Origin: Geosiphon pyriformis uo1
Taxonomy: Eukaryota > Fungi > Glomeromycota
DNA: 64,000 nucleotides
Direction: 5' to 3'
NCBI GenBank assembly: GCA_016748015.1
Contig: JAAOMT010000529.1
Span: forward strand, 66,848-130,847
The position numbers were made by a program, and so were the translations under genes. Of this stretch, positions 39,081-60,999 are shown in pieces. The number at the start of each line of letters is the position of its first letter. The stretch's first letter is position 1. The notes below the pieces were generated by a model that saw nothing but the letters and a program-made list of their open reading frames with translations, made no database searches and had not been told where the DNA came from.

Positions 39081-41166
39081 TGGGATTAATTTTATTACTT
39101 GGTTGATTTTTTCATAAAGGATATTGTGAATTTTAAGTTATCTTAATTAATGTTTATTTAATACATTTTATTTTATTTTATTTATCAATTTATTATATTT
39201 TATTCTTTGTTCCTCTTTAGGCCTAATGATTTCTTTTAGTTGAAATTATGATAAAACATTTTTATTTTATAAAGTGAATTAATTGTAGGTTTAAATAATT
39301 AGATAAATTAATTAAACTCAAAACTTTTTAAATTCAAGTTAAATCGTGATGAAAGTTTTGATTAATTTTTAAAATGATATGAGCGCATAAAATTTTTTTA
39401 CAATTTTTAATTAATCAACGTATTAAATTTCATTTTAATTTATTAATTAAAAAAACTTTTTATTAAAACGTTAAAGATATTAGAAAAATATATCTTTTTA
39501 ATTAATAAAAGTTTATTTTATAAATCAAAAAATGTGATATTAAATAATACTTTTATAAGATTTTTAATAATTTGTATACAAATAATAATTTGAAATGTTA
39601 TTTTATTTAAAATTCTAATTATTTTATAAAATAATTAATCTGAAAAATTTAATTTAAGAAATTTTAAATAAATATAATTGTCTATTTTTTTTGATAATTT
39701 GAAACTTTATTATTAAAATTAATCTGTGTATAAATAGCATTTTGTATTAATTTAATAAAATACAGTTTTAATAGTTATTTTATAATAATAAATAATCTAT
39801 TTAAAAAATACCAATTCAAATTTAATTTTTATTAATCAAATTTTCTGTTATTAAAATTGAACAGATTATTTTTTAAAACTGATTTTATTCTATTAATTTT
39901 AATTTATCTTGTAAAAATTTAAAATATTTTTTGAAATTTTAAATAAAACAATCAAATTAAAAAAAATTTTGGTTTATGTATATTCATTTTTTTTGTAAAA
40001 TGATATATTTTTTATTTTATAAAAAAATATAATTAAATATGTTTATTTTAATAAGATATTTATGGAATTTCTTAGCCTTTATTATATTTTATGAAAAAAT
40101 TATGTATTCCAAATATTTTAATTTAATTATTAAACAAACGATTCCTATTTATTGCTAAATAAGTCTCGATTTTTTTATTTTTATTAATACTAATATTAAT
40201 ATTATAAAATTTTAATTTAAAAATAATTAGTTATATGATTAAACTTTGATTAAATAATTATAAAATAATAATTATTATTTATATAATATGTATCATAATT
40301 AAATGTTTTTATGTCAATTTTTTTTAATCTTTTATTAAGTATAATTTAATTAATATTTATTTGATAATAAATACAATTTATATACTTTTTATATGTAATC
40401 AGTTACTTAAATTAAATAAAATTACATTTATTGACAAAAACAAACTTAAATTAAAAACCAGATTTAAAATGTTTAAATTTTCTAGTTAATATATTATATT
40501 ATATAATATAATATAAACATTAAACATTATAAAATATTACAATCTTTTGTTTATTGATCAAACATTTTTTTAAAACTTTAATTTTAATTTCGTATTTATA
40601 ATTATTTAAAAATTAAAATTTTTTAATTATATACATTCAATATTATTTAACTATTTAATACAATATAATATTTTAAATATGTAGTAACTTTAATAATTAA
40701 GTACTGTTTTTTAATTTCCAATTGCTGGTTGTAAAAATAACCAATTTCTGTTACTGTGTGTCAATAATTTTTTTAAAGGTTTTTTTAAAAATAGTTTATC
40801 TTTTTGAACTGCAAAATGGTTCGAGTTTTAATTCAAAAATCAAACTTGTAGACAATTACAATTAGCTTAAGATTTCTAATTTTAAAAGTTTTAATTTGTA
40901 TAGAATTTATATTAAATTATAATTTAAGCCTTTATTATTTTATTTTATAAGATTTTAAAAAATTAAAATAGAATAACAATATGGTTATATTTTTTTTAAA
41001 ATTAAAAGGAATAATGTATATAATTTTGTAATCTTTTTTTAAAAACAATTTAAATTGAATTCATTATTTCTGTTTGTCTATAAGTGGTTCTTAGCCCCTC
41101 CATTCTGTAGCTTTCTTCAATAATGAAAATTATGACGAGCACGAACTTCCCAAGATATTCTTCCCA

Positions 41167-41282
41167 TCAACACTCTTCGTCTGCAGAATGCGAGGGTGGT
41201 TGCAAGTATTTTGCTTTTTTACGTATTCTATCTGTACAGATGGGTGCCAGGCCTCGTCTAATACATCGTTTACAAGATCTTG
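41167..41282 (-). other. Exon-like segment encoding the second half of a Zn(II)2Cys6 cluster (Ert1/Rds2/AcuK-like)
   Basis: Long pyrimidine tract and CAG acceptor, then RSCKRCIRRGLAPICTDRIRKKAKYL..stop. No matching upstream exon was found. Confidence 0.6.
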
Positions 41283-42937
41283 CTGGGAAGAGAGAGAGAA
41301 AAAGAAAAGTTGAAACATGCGGTATTAAAAATCGGGAAATTAATGATTTTGAATGAAAACCATAAAAATAAATAAATGATATTTCGATCAATAAAGATTC
41401 ACAAAAAAACCCCCGAGAAAACCCTAAGGGGAAAAAAATCAACAACCTAAAGTTCTGCCCGCGATTGTGCGGTGGCTACGCCCAAAGATCCTCTGACGAA
41501 AGAGTGATCACCCCGAGCAGAAGAGAGCGCATCCTTGGAAAAAATTCTGAATTAATAAATCTTCTTTACAATGAGAAGTTCTAACTATGATGTACTAAGG
41601 GAGTTCCAAGCTAAGAGCTCAATCACCGCCAACTAAGGGTTGAGGTTCTCACTGAAACTAAGAGTTTCAGCTGCTCACATTCCTTACTGAATAAATTCTC
41701 ATAATTAATCAACCATCAACCCAACTTCGAATTGTTAATAATTTCTTGAGCTTTTATTCTACACGTCACAACAAGCAAAAAGCGCAAGACGAAAACCAAA
41801 GACAACGGCAGTGCGCAACATGCGACGACGCTCCTGCTAAAAACATTCATGAAATTATTAGACACACTAAGGTTTTATAATAAGAATAAACGCGTGCTAT
41901 GGCTTTTAAACTTCGAAACTAAGCGCAGAAACAACAAGTACAAGGCTCCATCAAACAACTTCCGGAGGAGGATGCCCCGAGTTCCATTTTCATCTTTCCG
42001 CCAGTTGTACACTTCGAACCCTCCTAAACTTTTTATCTTAGATACAAGTCTTTGGTATAAAGGCCTCATTTTTCATAATTTTTCTCATTATCTCTAACGC
42101 TTCAAACGGCGGATAACAAAACTCGCGAGTGAGGAAAACACAATCCCCTTTCTGTAGATTTCATTCTGCATACACAATCCTTCGCCGTATATGGAAGACT
42201 ATTTTGTCGAGTTGCCGGACCTTGCGTTTCTTACGCTTTGAAGTAAAGACAGCCAGTTTGACTTTTTCCGAAATTAGGACTCCATATACTTGCACAGACA
42301 AACAATTCGTCCGATGTGACCAGAGCCTATTTTACCCACCCCTTTAGAGGAATACCAAGTGATGGGTGTGCGAATGCCAGAATCAATAGACTGTATGGAC
42401 GGCGCGTCGGCTCGGGTTTCGCGGAGCTGTTTTGATCTAATAGACCCAGTAAAAAGTTTATTGGTTAGTTTTTTGAGAATATGTAAGTGTGCCCTTAGGT
42501 ATAATCTTGTGCGGACAGGCATCCTCTACCTAGCATTGATGCATCCGTTAATATTTCAAAGGTTTAAGACGGCTTTTATTTTCTACCCTTGTTTAATTCC
42601 AATCATTAATATATGGAGTATTGGGAAAATTTAATTGAATCACTATTATATTTTTAGGGAACCAAGAATTAATAGGAATGTACAATTTTTGAATATGAAA
42701 AATTTACTAAAATAAGGATTAAAAAGGGTTTGTTCGACTAACATTTTAACGGTGGGTTATTCTTAAATATTCATACCAGAAGTGTGGTATTCTCTTCGAT
42801 GAGGTTAAAGCTTCAGCCAAAGTTTTCCATAATATATAATCACGCCCAAGCACTCAAACCAAAATTCTCACAACGTTAAAATACTTATCACTTGGGAACT
42901 CATAAAAAATTGCTTTAAGTGTTTCATAAAAAAAAGT

Positions 42938-48379
<5,442 letters not shown>

Positions 48380-49417
48380 ATATGAGAGTGAGTGGATGCA
48401 AATAAAGAAAGACGCGACGCGAAATAATGGTAAGGTTTAGACAGTAAGTCACCTGAGGTACCATCATGTCATTTTGAACCCTTTGTCTTTTTTGTCCATG
48501 ATCACGTTTAGTGTTACCTTGGTGGATATCTGTTGTTGCGACTGTCTCCAGTATTAAATTTCAAAATTTTTATTTTTTGGTTATTACAATATTTTTTGTA
48601 AAATATTTTTATTGTTTTTAATAATAATAATAATAATAATAATAACATATATTTAATTTTTAATTTTTAAAATTCAACTAACAACAATTATGTTATTTAA
48701 CAACCATAATAATTAAAAATTTATTTATTTAATTTTTTTTTTGCTGTTACAAAGTGTGACCTATTACAATACAGCGACTGCGCACACTAAAATAGGTGTG
48801 GCTCACGCACTTTCTACATTTGACCAGCCAAACCGTTTAATTTGATATTAATGATTAATATATTTTATTAATTATTAATTTTTTTTAAAACTCCTATATT
48901 TTTTACATAAATAAAAAAAATTATTATTTTATTATCAATTAATTACAATTAAAAGTTGAAATTATTATTATTTTATTATCAATTAATTACAAATTAAAAT
49001 ATATTTTTATTATCAATTAATTACAAGTTAAATAATATATAAAAATGAAAGTATTCTTAATGAATAGTAAAAAAAAAAACCATTTAACCAAAATTGCCAT
49101 ATTTCAAATAGATTCTTAATGTAATGTAATTTAATTAAAAAATATTTTTACAACTTTTTGTTTAATAATTTCAAAATTTTTTTAACATTTAATCATAATT
49201 TTCGTTGTTTTCAATTAATCTTTGTTAAAAGATTCTAATCTTTAATGTTTAGTTTGTATGTGGTAATCATCTAACACACTCTAAAAGGAGCAAAATCACG
49301 AATTCCTCTGCATAATTGTGAGCCGGATTAATTAAATTGACATACGAATTACTATGAACAAGGATCTACCGATTTCCAGCTATTAGGTAAAAAAAACTTG
49401 GATAAATTGTTAAAGAA

Positions 49418-49499
49418 TGACGACGGTGGGGTTTGAACCCACGCATGTTTCCATACCAGGGCCTAAACCTGGCCCCTTGGACCACTCGGGCACGTCGCC
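49418..49499 (-). tRNA. tRNA-Leu, anticodon UAG, intronless, long variable arm
   Basis: Acceptor stem GGCGACG/CGTCGTC+A, D-loop AGTGGTCCAAG, anticodon arm CCAGG-TTTAGGC-CCTGG, T-loop GGTTCAAACCC. Confidence 0.95.
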
Positions 49500-49919
49500 A
49501 TGAAAATCCCTAAGATAGGCACTGGTTTTTTATTATTTATTTTAATGAAAAACAAAACGAAATTTTAATCCCAAGTCATTATTCGAGCGCAAAAAAATTT
49601 GATTGATCTCCAAAGATACTTTGAATTTTTTAAGGAACCTTTGTATCTAACAGTCATTATGAATTTCTGTATTAAAAATCAATTAAATAAATCTTACATT
49701 TCACTATGGTATTAGTTATAAATTTCGGGGGTGTATAAATATATATATATATAGAATGAAAACTTTATGTATAGATATTTTTGATGCGTACAATATGTAA
49801 TATTTTCTATAATTATATATATCGATTATTATATGCTGTTAATTGTCGTTTCATTAAATCTATAAAAAAAACTTGAGGTATAAATTATTCCTCTCAAATG
49901 CAGTTTTTATGTTTAGTGA

Positions 49920-51427
49920 TTACAATAATGTTTCGCCTAGATCATTAGAAAATGGACGAGTCAATTTTGATATCAGAAGAATGTAAGCCAAAAAAGCAAT
50001 ATATTGTTCGAAAAAATTGGGTCGGATATTAAAAACATACCTAATGCGCAACGAACTAGGGAGCATCCAATGGTGACCGTTTCAAATACACTGACTTCAT
50101 CGGCTAATGCTGGATTTACTTCCTGTAATTTTTTTTGAGAAAAGATTAACAAAGTCAATAAGATATTCAAGATTAAATAAATAAAATTTGAAAGAATTCG
50201 ATTTTGAAATATACCATCAAATCAACAGCGACTAACAAGCCGGTTTCATTAATTGCCTCACAAATGTAATGACCTTCTCGAAATGTTAGACCACCACGTA
50301 CAGGTGTACCTTAAAAATAAGTATATTCAAATTGAGCATGTAGTTTTAATCAATCGATTTAAAAAATTGGCAGATAAATTACCAGTGCTTGGAGCCACAG
50401 TCGGGTCTAATGCATCAACATCAAAGCTAAGATGAATGGGACGATCGCGTTTTGGATTCACACGATCCAGTACCATTTCCATCACTTTACCAATCCCATA
50501 TTTATCGATTTCATGCATGGAATAGGCAGCAATCCCTAGATCTTTTAGAATCTTTTTCTCTGGCGGATCTACGTCTCGAAGACCAACATAAGCGAGTCGC
50601 TCTGGTTTTAATACTGGTTTTAGCCATTCGAATTCTGGAATTTGGCCTGCGATTCCAAGTAGGAAAGAAACAGGACAACCATGTATATTTCCCGAATCTG
50701 TTGTTTCAGGTGTGTTAATGTCCTACAAGCGATATGATAATTTTCAGGAGTGTAGGTAGGCATGATGTGAAAAAGAAATTATTAAGTGAAACATGAAACC
50801 AGATCAAGATCTTGAACAAAAAAATAAATAAACATACAGCATGAGCATCGATCCAAATCAATACGGCCTCCGGATACACAGCAAAAGTACCGGAAACCGT
50901 ACCTAAAGCAAGACTATGATCTCCACCCAACGTCAAAGCCATTTGACCTCGACGCACATGTGATTCCACAGCCTCGGCTACCTTTCGTGTGACTTTGGAC
51001 ACAAATCGTGGTCGTTTTAGTTTCCCAATATCGGGATCCTCTTTTGGACGCAGTCCGGAAAAGTTATATTGATTATTAAAGTCAACCTTCCAATTCATCT
51101 CTTCTAATTGTTCTATCAGTCCATATTCCACCAATCGAATTGGTCCATCTTGTACACCATCTTTAGACTTTGGATATTCGTAAAGTGGGAAATTTATTTT
51201 TATTTTATTTGGACAATAATCGTGATTTGTATATTTGTTATCAAATACAAAATCAAAAACGGGGTCGTTTAAGTTTTTATCAACAAAAAAGAAGGATTAA
51301 ATTAGAAATCGGGTCGTTAATTTAATGGCGAAAAAAAATGGTTTTTATTACCAACCTGACCACCACTAAATGGACACCCGATAAGTCCAACTGTTTTGTT
51401 TTTGAGAAATTTATATTGGGTGGCCAT
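49920..51427 (-). CDS. CAR1: Arginase, 6 exons
   Basis: [20 protein letters not shown]|[51 protein letters not shown]|EVNP and GETLL* motifs. GT-AG introns. Confidence 0.95.
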
Positions 51428-52184
51428 TTTTTTGTCTGCAAAGGATTATAATGAATTGCTAATATATTTTGATCGAATGTGATTATGGATTTACTTTTAT
51501 AGTGTAAGGAAGACTTTAATCAAGTTGAGAAAAAAGAAATGATATTCTAAATTTATCATTTATATCAATACCAGCGAAAGTGGCATTGTTGGGATCCATA
51601 GGATCTGGGTATCTGCAAATCTATTGGTCTGGGCTGAGATAGAAATCTCACGCACGATGAAGCAAATGCGCACATAGACATTTTTAATAAAATGTGCATT
51701 ATTTATCTGATTTTTCAAGTTTCAGATTTCCTTTAAAAGTCACGATCATGCAGGAGTGACACTCCTTTTGATGGAAGGGTTCGGGAAAATCCACTTTTAT
51801 CACATTGGTTGCAGGTGGGAGTGCATTTTTTAAAGATTTCTGAGCCATGTTTCAGAATTGACGTCGATTGTCTTTGGTAAAATGAATTGTGAGAAATAAA
51901 TTTGTCTCATAGATTTGGGTACAATTAACTAAAAATAGGATATTAGAAAGTTCAAATCTGTTTTTCAAAAAAATATTCTTTAATTTTAAACAAATTTGAA
52001 AATATTCAATTGGGTGGTAAATTTAAAATTTTCTTGTAGACTGTATGAGAAAAGATATCTAATAATTTTATTCGAAAAATTAAAAGTGGTAGTTGATAAA
52101 CTCTGTTTTGGTATATAAAAAATCTTTTAATAAATTTTAGCAGCACAGTATTTTTTATGTATCACACAAAGTCTAAATCGTTTT

Positions 52185-52205
52185 ATTATTATTATTATTT
52201 ATTAA

Positions 52206-52293
<88 letters not shown>

Positions 52294-52306
52294 ATTGTTT
52301 TTGTTG
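52185..52306. repeat. Compound (TTA)n(TTG)n microsatellite
   Basis: Directly visible; it is the source of the spurious poly-Leu ORF. Confidence 0.9.
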
Positions 52307-52534
52307 TTCTACAAAGAAATTGAACTACTCATTAAAGGAACATAATAATGACGTCTTTTGGTGTACCATAGCTACTTAAACCAATTTAATAGTGATTTTA
52401 AACTAGATAAACAATATAATTGTGAACTACTTCTAAGCATATAATTAAATAAAGCTTTTCAAAGAAAAATTATATTTTATAAACATTCGAATAATAGCAT
52501 ATTCACATTTTATCCTTTATCCTTTATCCATATC

Positions 52535-53876
52535 ATGGAAAACAAAGAAATTAAAATAACTCATCCAGAATCCCATGATTGCAACGAATGTAATTAATGT
52601 CAATGGAGTATTAAAAATAATAAAAATAATAAGTGTAGTATATGCTGGTTCATATTTTTTGAAAAATTTACCGTGACTTCTCAAGTGGCAATAAATTAGT
52701 TGATGAAATAATTAAGAATCTAATCTATATTCCACCTAATAAGAATAATTATTATGAGGGTAGTTTGAATTACTATGAATGGATTCCATGGGAGCGTTTG
52801 TCGAATATCAACGAAATTGGTAGAGGAGGGTTCGGTATAATTTATAAAGCAACCTTAATTGATGGATTAATTGATAAAACATCATAGTGAAATGGAATAT
52901 AAAAGAGATGAAAAAGGGAAAGAATTAGCAATAAAATTTATAAAAACGAACAGTTCAGAAGTGTTTAAAGAGGTAAACAAATTATTTATATTTATATTCA
53001 TATTTATTATTAATTCATCTGTTTACTTTTTTACACGGTGTTGATAGTTAAATATTTAAAGAACTATATTTATTAATACGGGTGGGTATTCAAGTAATTA
53101 TATCTCATCCTCATCAATATAAGGGATTACGCAAAACACTGAAACACTCGAATATGGAATTGTGATGGAGTTTACCCCAGGAGGAGACATGCGAAAATAT
53201 TTATCAACAAATTTTCATTCCAAAAGTTGGTCTAATAAATTATTGATAATGCGTCATATAGCTTTAGTACTTGAATCAATTCATTCTTCTGGTATGGTTC
53301 ATCCTGACCTACATCCTACAATATGAATCTATGACATTTAACACACAAATTGGAAACCTCGGATTCTGTCAACTAGTAAACAATGAAGCAACAACAACAA
53401 CAGAGGAAAAAAAAAATGGAATATTTGGAGTGATTCCATACATTCCACCAGAAGTTTTAAGAGGAGAAAAGTTTACAACGGCTGGTGATATTTATAGTTT
53501 TGCCATGTTATTATGGGAATTAGCAACAGGAAGACCTCCTTTTCATGACCGTCCTCATGATAATACTCTCATATTTAATATTATTTCTAAGAATATTAGA
53601 CCTAAAATTACCTCCCAACTTATTCCATCTTCAATTGCCGAAATAATGAAAAAGTGTTAGGATGTTAATCCTGAGAATCGTCCTACTGCGGAAGAAGTTG
53701 ATGAGATGTTGGAGGAACTTGCGGATTCAGAGTTCGAGTCCGAGTTTTTAGAATCAGAAAAATACGTAAAAGAAATTTTGAAAAACGACCCGACAACGCC
53801 AATGTGCATTCATCCAGGAGCAGTTTATACAAGTCGTCTTTTAACTTTGCAAACAATTAAAGAAACAAAAGGTTAG
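52535..53876 (+). pseudogene. TKL kinase pseudogene (copy D)
   Basis: Collinear with copy C, including the first intron. Early TAA, frameshifts, an 11-bp catalytic-loop deletion and TGG>TAG in KCW. Confidence 0.9.
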
Positions 53877-54239
53877 TCTATATTATTTACATTGATTGAT
53901 TTAATTATTATACAGTATATTAACAATTTACCTTAATTTACTTTACTTGACTTTTTTAAAAGATAATAAAAATATTTAAAACATAAAAATTTTAATTATA
54001 TTAATTATAAAGTTTATTCAGATTCATTATAAATATTTTAAAATAGTTAGTTTTATTAATTTATTATAAAGGGTATTCTCTCACACCTAAAAAATAGTAT
54101 TCTCTCATTTATTTCTAAATTTTGTGAGTTGATATTTTATTGTTTACTTCATAACCTAATTCAAGGCTGCAAATTCCTACCCAATACTGATTATCTAAGA
54201 TATTACCCACACGACCTTTAATTTATTGAATTAATTCTC

Positions 54240-54360
54240 TTTCTTTCACCTTTCATTTTATCATAATGTTTTCATGCTATCTAAACCAATTCATAAAACA
54301 TACAAAATCCTTATTTAGCAATTTCATTGATATTATTTAAATGCTCTTATGGAATTCAAG
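54240..54360 (-). pseudogene. Possible TKL kinase N-lobe remnant
   Basis: Minus strand reads IP*EHLNNINEIAK*GF, cf. WIPWEILLKINEIAKGGF in copy C. Confidence 0.45.
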
Positions 54361-57300
54361 TATGAACAACTATAATAAAATATAATGTAATAGTTTTATT
54401 TTTATTTTTGAGTGAAATATAGAATGAATTCTATATCATTCAATTATTTTATATAATTTATTACAATTTCAGTATTTTATTCCAAAAGAATATAATTGCT
54501 CAGAGTGTTATGAAATAAACTAATTATAATAATTCTGTACTTTTTTTCAATTAAAAATATAATCATCATAAAGAATTTAAACAAAGTTTTTTAATTTAAT
54601 TATTAATATATTTTTTTAATTTTTTTAATTAAATTTAATACTGTTTTAATTATTCTTAATTAAATCAATATCATTATTAGTATAAGTTTCTTTAAAAATT
54701 TTTTTAATTAAATTATGATCTAATTATTATTTTTTATTAAATACATGTGACTATATTAAAAATTTACCCAATTAAAAATGTTTTTTTAAATGGTAAAAAT
54801 TCATTCTATTTATTATTGATTTCTATTTAAAGTGTTTACAGAGAAAATCTAACTACATAATAAATTTCTAAAACATTTTTTATAAAAATGCATTAATTTA
54901 TAGATCTTATTAAAGACTATTTAATAATATATTTTTTAATATTTTTATGTTTTTATTTATAGAGCCTTCATATTTTAAAGTATTGAATGTTTTTAGAATA
55001 CTTGCACCATATATATATTATAAAATCAAGTTTAATAAGAATTTTACTAAAAAATGACTGCATAAACATATTAAAATAAACAAGCTTTTGCCAAATAATT
55101 TGGTAAAATTAACATATTAGATGTCTTTGGTTTGAAAGATAGATGAGTATTTATTGATAAAGGTCTAAATAATTAATTATATTTTGTAAAAACAAATGCC
55201 AAGCCTATAATTTAAATTTTAGAAGTAGAAACAATTTTGATAAAAATTAAATATTAATTAATAAAATAATAGTTGTTAAAAATAAATAATTTAATAATAA
55301 TAATAATAATAATAATTTCTAATAATAAATATTATTATAATAAAAATTAAATTTTGTTTAAAAAATCCAAAAAAAATAAATATAAATTTGTTTAATTTTA
55401 AATATCAAATAATTAATTAAAAAATATTTTAACAAATATTTAGTAAAATTTATAGAATTTGTAAATTCTAAGCAGCGATAAAAAAATATTGAAATTAAAT
55501 AAAAAATAATTACAATAAAATATAACATATTAATTAATTCATGTATACATATATTAAAACAAATAATATATTCTTGTTTAAAATTAAAACATAGTAAAAA
55601 ATATTTTTAAATAAGCAAAAAAATTTGCTAAAAAAAAATATATAATTATCAAAGAACATAATAACAAAATTAAACAAGAAAAAATTTAAAAAATGTTCAG
55701 ATATTACAGCGATTATTATTACATAGAAACCAGATTAACAACAATTTACAAAAATAAAAAAATAACATGATTAATCAGTATTTAATTGGGTTGATTACAA
55801 ATCTTTTTATAAAAAATTTTTTAGACACTTATAAATACTAAATTAATTTTTATTTCTCAATCGAATTGGTTTTTTTGTAATTATATGATCTAAATATAAT
55901 TTAATAGTTTGAAACCAAGTAATTTAGTTTAAAACTTTATTATTAATTACAAACTAATTAATGATTGTTTAATAAAACACAATATAAACATTTTTTATTG
56001 TTAACTAATTTTAGCTTATGATATTACTTGGAAACTTGAAAAAAAAATTTAAAATATCCTTAATGTGTTTAATGATATTATTTTTACGTCTGAAGTTTAG
56101 AGTATAATTAGTTAAATTAGAATTCAAAATATGAGTTTAATAATAAAGCTTAATTTCTTGCAGGAATTCAAATTCGTTAATGTCTAATGCTTAATTGACC
56201 CAATTTTTTAAATGATTAAATTTCAATTCAAAAATCAATATACCCGTTGTTAGTTAGATTTTACTAACTAATCATGAAATTATTGCTTCAATTCTATTAC
56301 AAATTACTAAAGCAGAAGTAGAGCCAAAAAACCCAGATCAAAATTTCTCTATTATCATTTTTTCTTTGAAAACCTTAACATATACATTTGCAGATTTAAA
56401 ATGTTTTTGAAAGATATTGGAATCTTAAAAAAGCTTTGCAGTAAAGATTCTCACATAGACATTCAGAGCTCGGTTTTTGCAATAGCTTTAGGAAGTTTTT
56501 AGCCAATATAAACTAAAACTAAATGCTCAAAACTAAAAAAATCCTGTTTTAAAATACCTATCATGCTCCACAAAATTGTATTTTCTTATATACTAAAAAA
56601 TTCAACCAAAAAATTGAGAGATAAAATTATTTTCGTAGGCTGGTATTATCCCTGAGTTATGAAAGCAGGCCTCTGGTAACTTTCGTAAAAAATTTAGGCA
56701 GTATTGAAAGAATATCGATAGTCACATAAATCTACGAGTATCTAGAAGAGAAATTGTGAATATAATACTGTTTATAATTACGAGTTTATTATTTAATATG
56801 ATAGATTCCTCAGTTTCTAAAGATCGAAGATTATATATTCATTGGGATTTTATCACTTCAGCCAACGCAAATCAAACTCTTTTGACATCTAAATTGTCAA
56901 AGAAAATCATTGATTATACTGATGAAAAATATGATGTATCTTAATCATTTTGTTAGTTTTTTAATATCAAATTGTTGCAAGTTGAAAAATTAGGAATAAC
57001 TCATTAAATTATTTTCAAATAAATAAGTTCCACATTAATGATTTCCACTCCCAATTTAATGAATTTAAAAAAAAATCAAATAACAATACAGAAATCCCGA
57101 GAAATTTCGGTTAACCATTATTGTGAAGCCTTGAAAACGTTTAAGCAATCTGGTTGATGCAAAAAAATAATTATATACAAACACAACCTAATCATCCGAA
57201 AAAATCTTTATTTTCCTCTGGCGAAACCACTTGAAACTTTTTCCGAGTTGATTAACTTATCTTTTATAACATTTGAACAAACATCGGATTATTAAAACCG

Positions 57301-57677
57301 TCACCCTTATAGATTACGGTGTTGAATTTAATAAATAATGACACAGCTAGCACTAGAACTTTTTATTTTTTTTTTGAGAAAAACACTTTTTTGCGTTTTA
57401 TTGCAAATTAAAAAAATAAAGTTTCTTTAGTTAAATTTTTGGCGTGATTAATGAAGAATAAAAGCTTTAGATTTGGACGATAAATTATAAAATAATCTTA
57501 AAATATGGTTTCATTAAAGGGTAAATATTTTGTATATTTTTTTTTAAACACTTTGAAAAAAGATTTCTTAATTTTTGGTTGTTTTTTTTTTAGTAACATT
57601 CAACATTAGCTTCCAATTCAATCATTTGGCTTTTGGTAAATTCTGGAGGTTTCATCACTAAACCCTTTTATTTCTAG

Positions 57678-59597
<1,920 letters not shown>

Positions 59598-60999
59598 GGG
59601 GAAGATAAGAAGTAATAGTAATATGTAGAATGAATAGGGTGATTTATGAGTCCTTTCTGTCTACCTATCAATCTATCTAATCAGTTGTTTATCAAACAGG
59701 TGATAATCGTTACAGTAAATTCCCCATCTCCTTTTTTGGTATCTCACTTTTTTCTTTTCCTAACTTATCTGCCTACTCCAAACTCAGAACTTCTCAGCGA
59801 TATCGACTGGGATTTAAAAACTTTTGTCTTTGGTTCTAGGAAACTTTTAAACAAGTTTCCTATTGTGTAAATCTTTTTGCCTAAACGAGTAGTTCAATTT
59901 CTTCATAAAAAGGATAAGATAGTTATTAAATAAGTCATCAATTATACACGAAACTTAAATGAAAATCAATGAAGATTTAAAATTTAAACATAATTGAACA
60001 TGTAATATAGGTTTTATTATTTTTTTGATTTAATTTAATTAATTACTGAAATATGTTTCTTAATTTTGGAAATGTATTTTTTCCGGCCAAATAAGTATAG
60101 TATAAATTTCAAATTGATTCAGCATATGATTCTATTTATCAAAAAATTAACCGTTAATTTTTTAATAAATATATTAAATTCAAACTCGTTTTTTATTAAG
60201 CTAAAGTTTAATAGCATGAAAAAAATATTGTTTTGCTTTTATCTTAAGAAAATTTGTTAAAAAACAATCTTAAAAATGTTTTTGAAATTTCATAAAATTT
60301 AAATTTTTTTTAAAAATATATGATTTGTTTTTAAAATATATTATCATGATATTGATTTAAGTAATTGCTGTCTTAAAAATAAAATAAAATTGATTATTAT
60401 TTTATTAGAATCTTAATTGATTATGTTTTTTTAAATAATAATAATTATAAAATTTTTTGGTAAATTAATAATTTTAAAGACTGGTTTTCATTATATTTCA
60501 AATTATTTACTATTTTAAATTAAAATATTATAAAAAAATTCATTTATTCATTTATACATTTATTAAAAACAAAAAATTATACATATTTTATTATTACTTT
60601 TAATTTCAATATTATTTATTAATTAATTAATTAATATTTTATATTCATTGTAATAAATTTTTTGAATTTTTTTTTGAAATGATAAATATAAGCATTATTT
60701 TTATTATTTAATTTTTAAATTTTTTATAGAATTATTTTTCAATAATTTAATTTTAACCAATTTTTATAATAAAGTTTTTTAAATTTAGTCTGTTGATTTT
60801 TTATTTTAAAATATTAATAAATATAGATTACTTTTGTATAAAAATGACTTCTATTAATCTCATATATTTAGATTGAATTTAATCATATGTCTGTTATGAG
60901 TTTTGTTTAAGAAAAAATTATTTAACTTTTATCCATTAATTAATTATTTTCGTATAATAAAAATAGCAAAAAGATAATGAGGAATATGATTACTATTTG

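Noticed and set aside
41418-41427. AAACCCTAA as a telomerase RNA template
   Set aside because: Short match expected by chance in AT-rich DNA, sits inside a hairpin, and no pseudoknot or CR4/5 could be identified.
41545-41660. RNase P RNA (minus-strand GAGAAC, GCTTGGAAC and AATTCAGA resemble CR-II, CR-III and CR-V)
   Set aside because: No CR-I able to form P4 and no CR-IV were found.
41760-41840. TCDDA (plus strand) or AC-AHCR (minus strand, frameshifted) as the missing first half of the Zn cluster
   Set aside because: Wrong strand or wrong Cys spacing, and no splice donor.
51565-51645. TPP riboswitch upstream of arginase (AATACCAGCGAAAG and CTGAGA)
   Set aside because: Motifs are in the wrong order, antisense to the gene, and the GATC/P4-P5 elements are missing.
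52157-52345. Poly-Leu membrane protein ORF
   Set aside because: It is the translation of a (TTA)n(TTG)n microsatellite.
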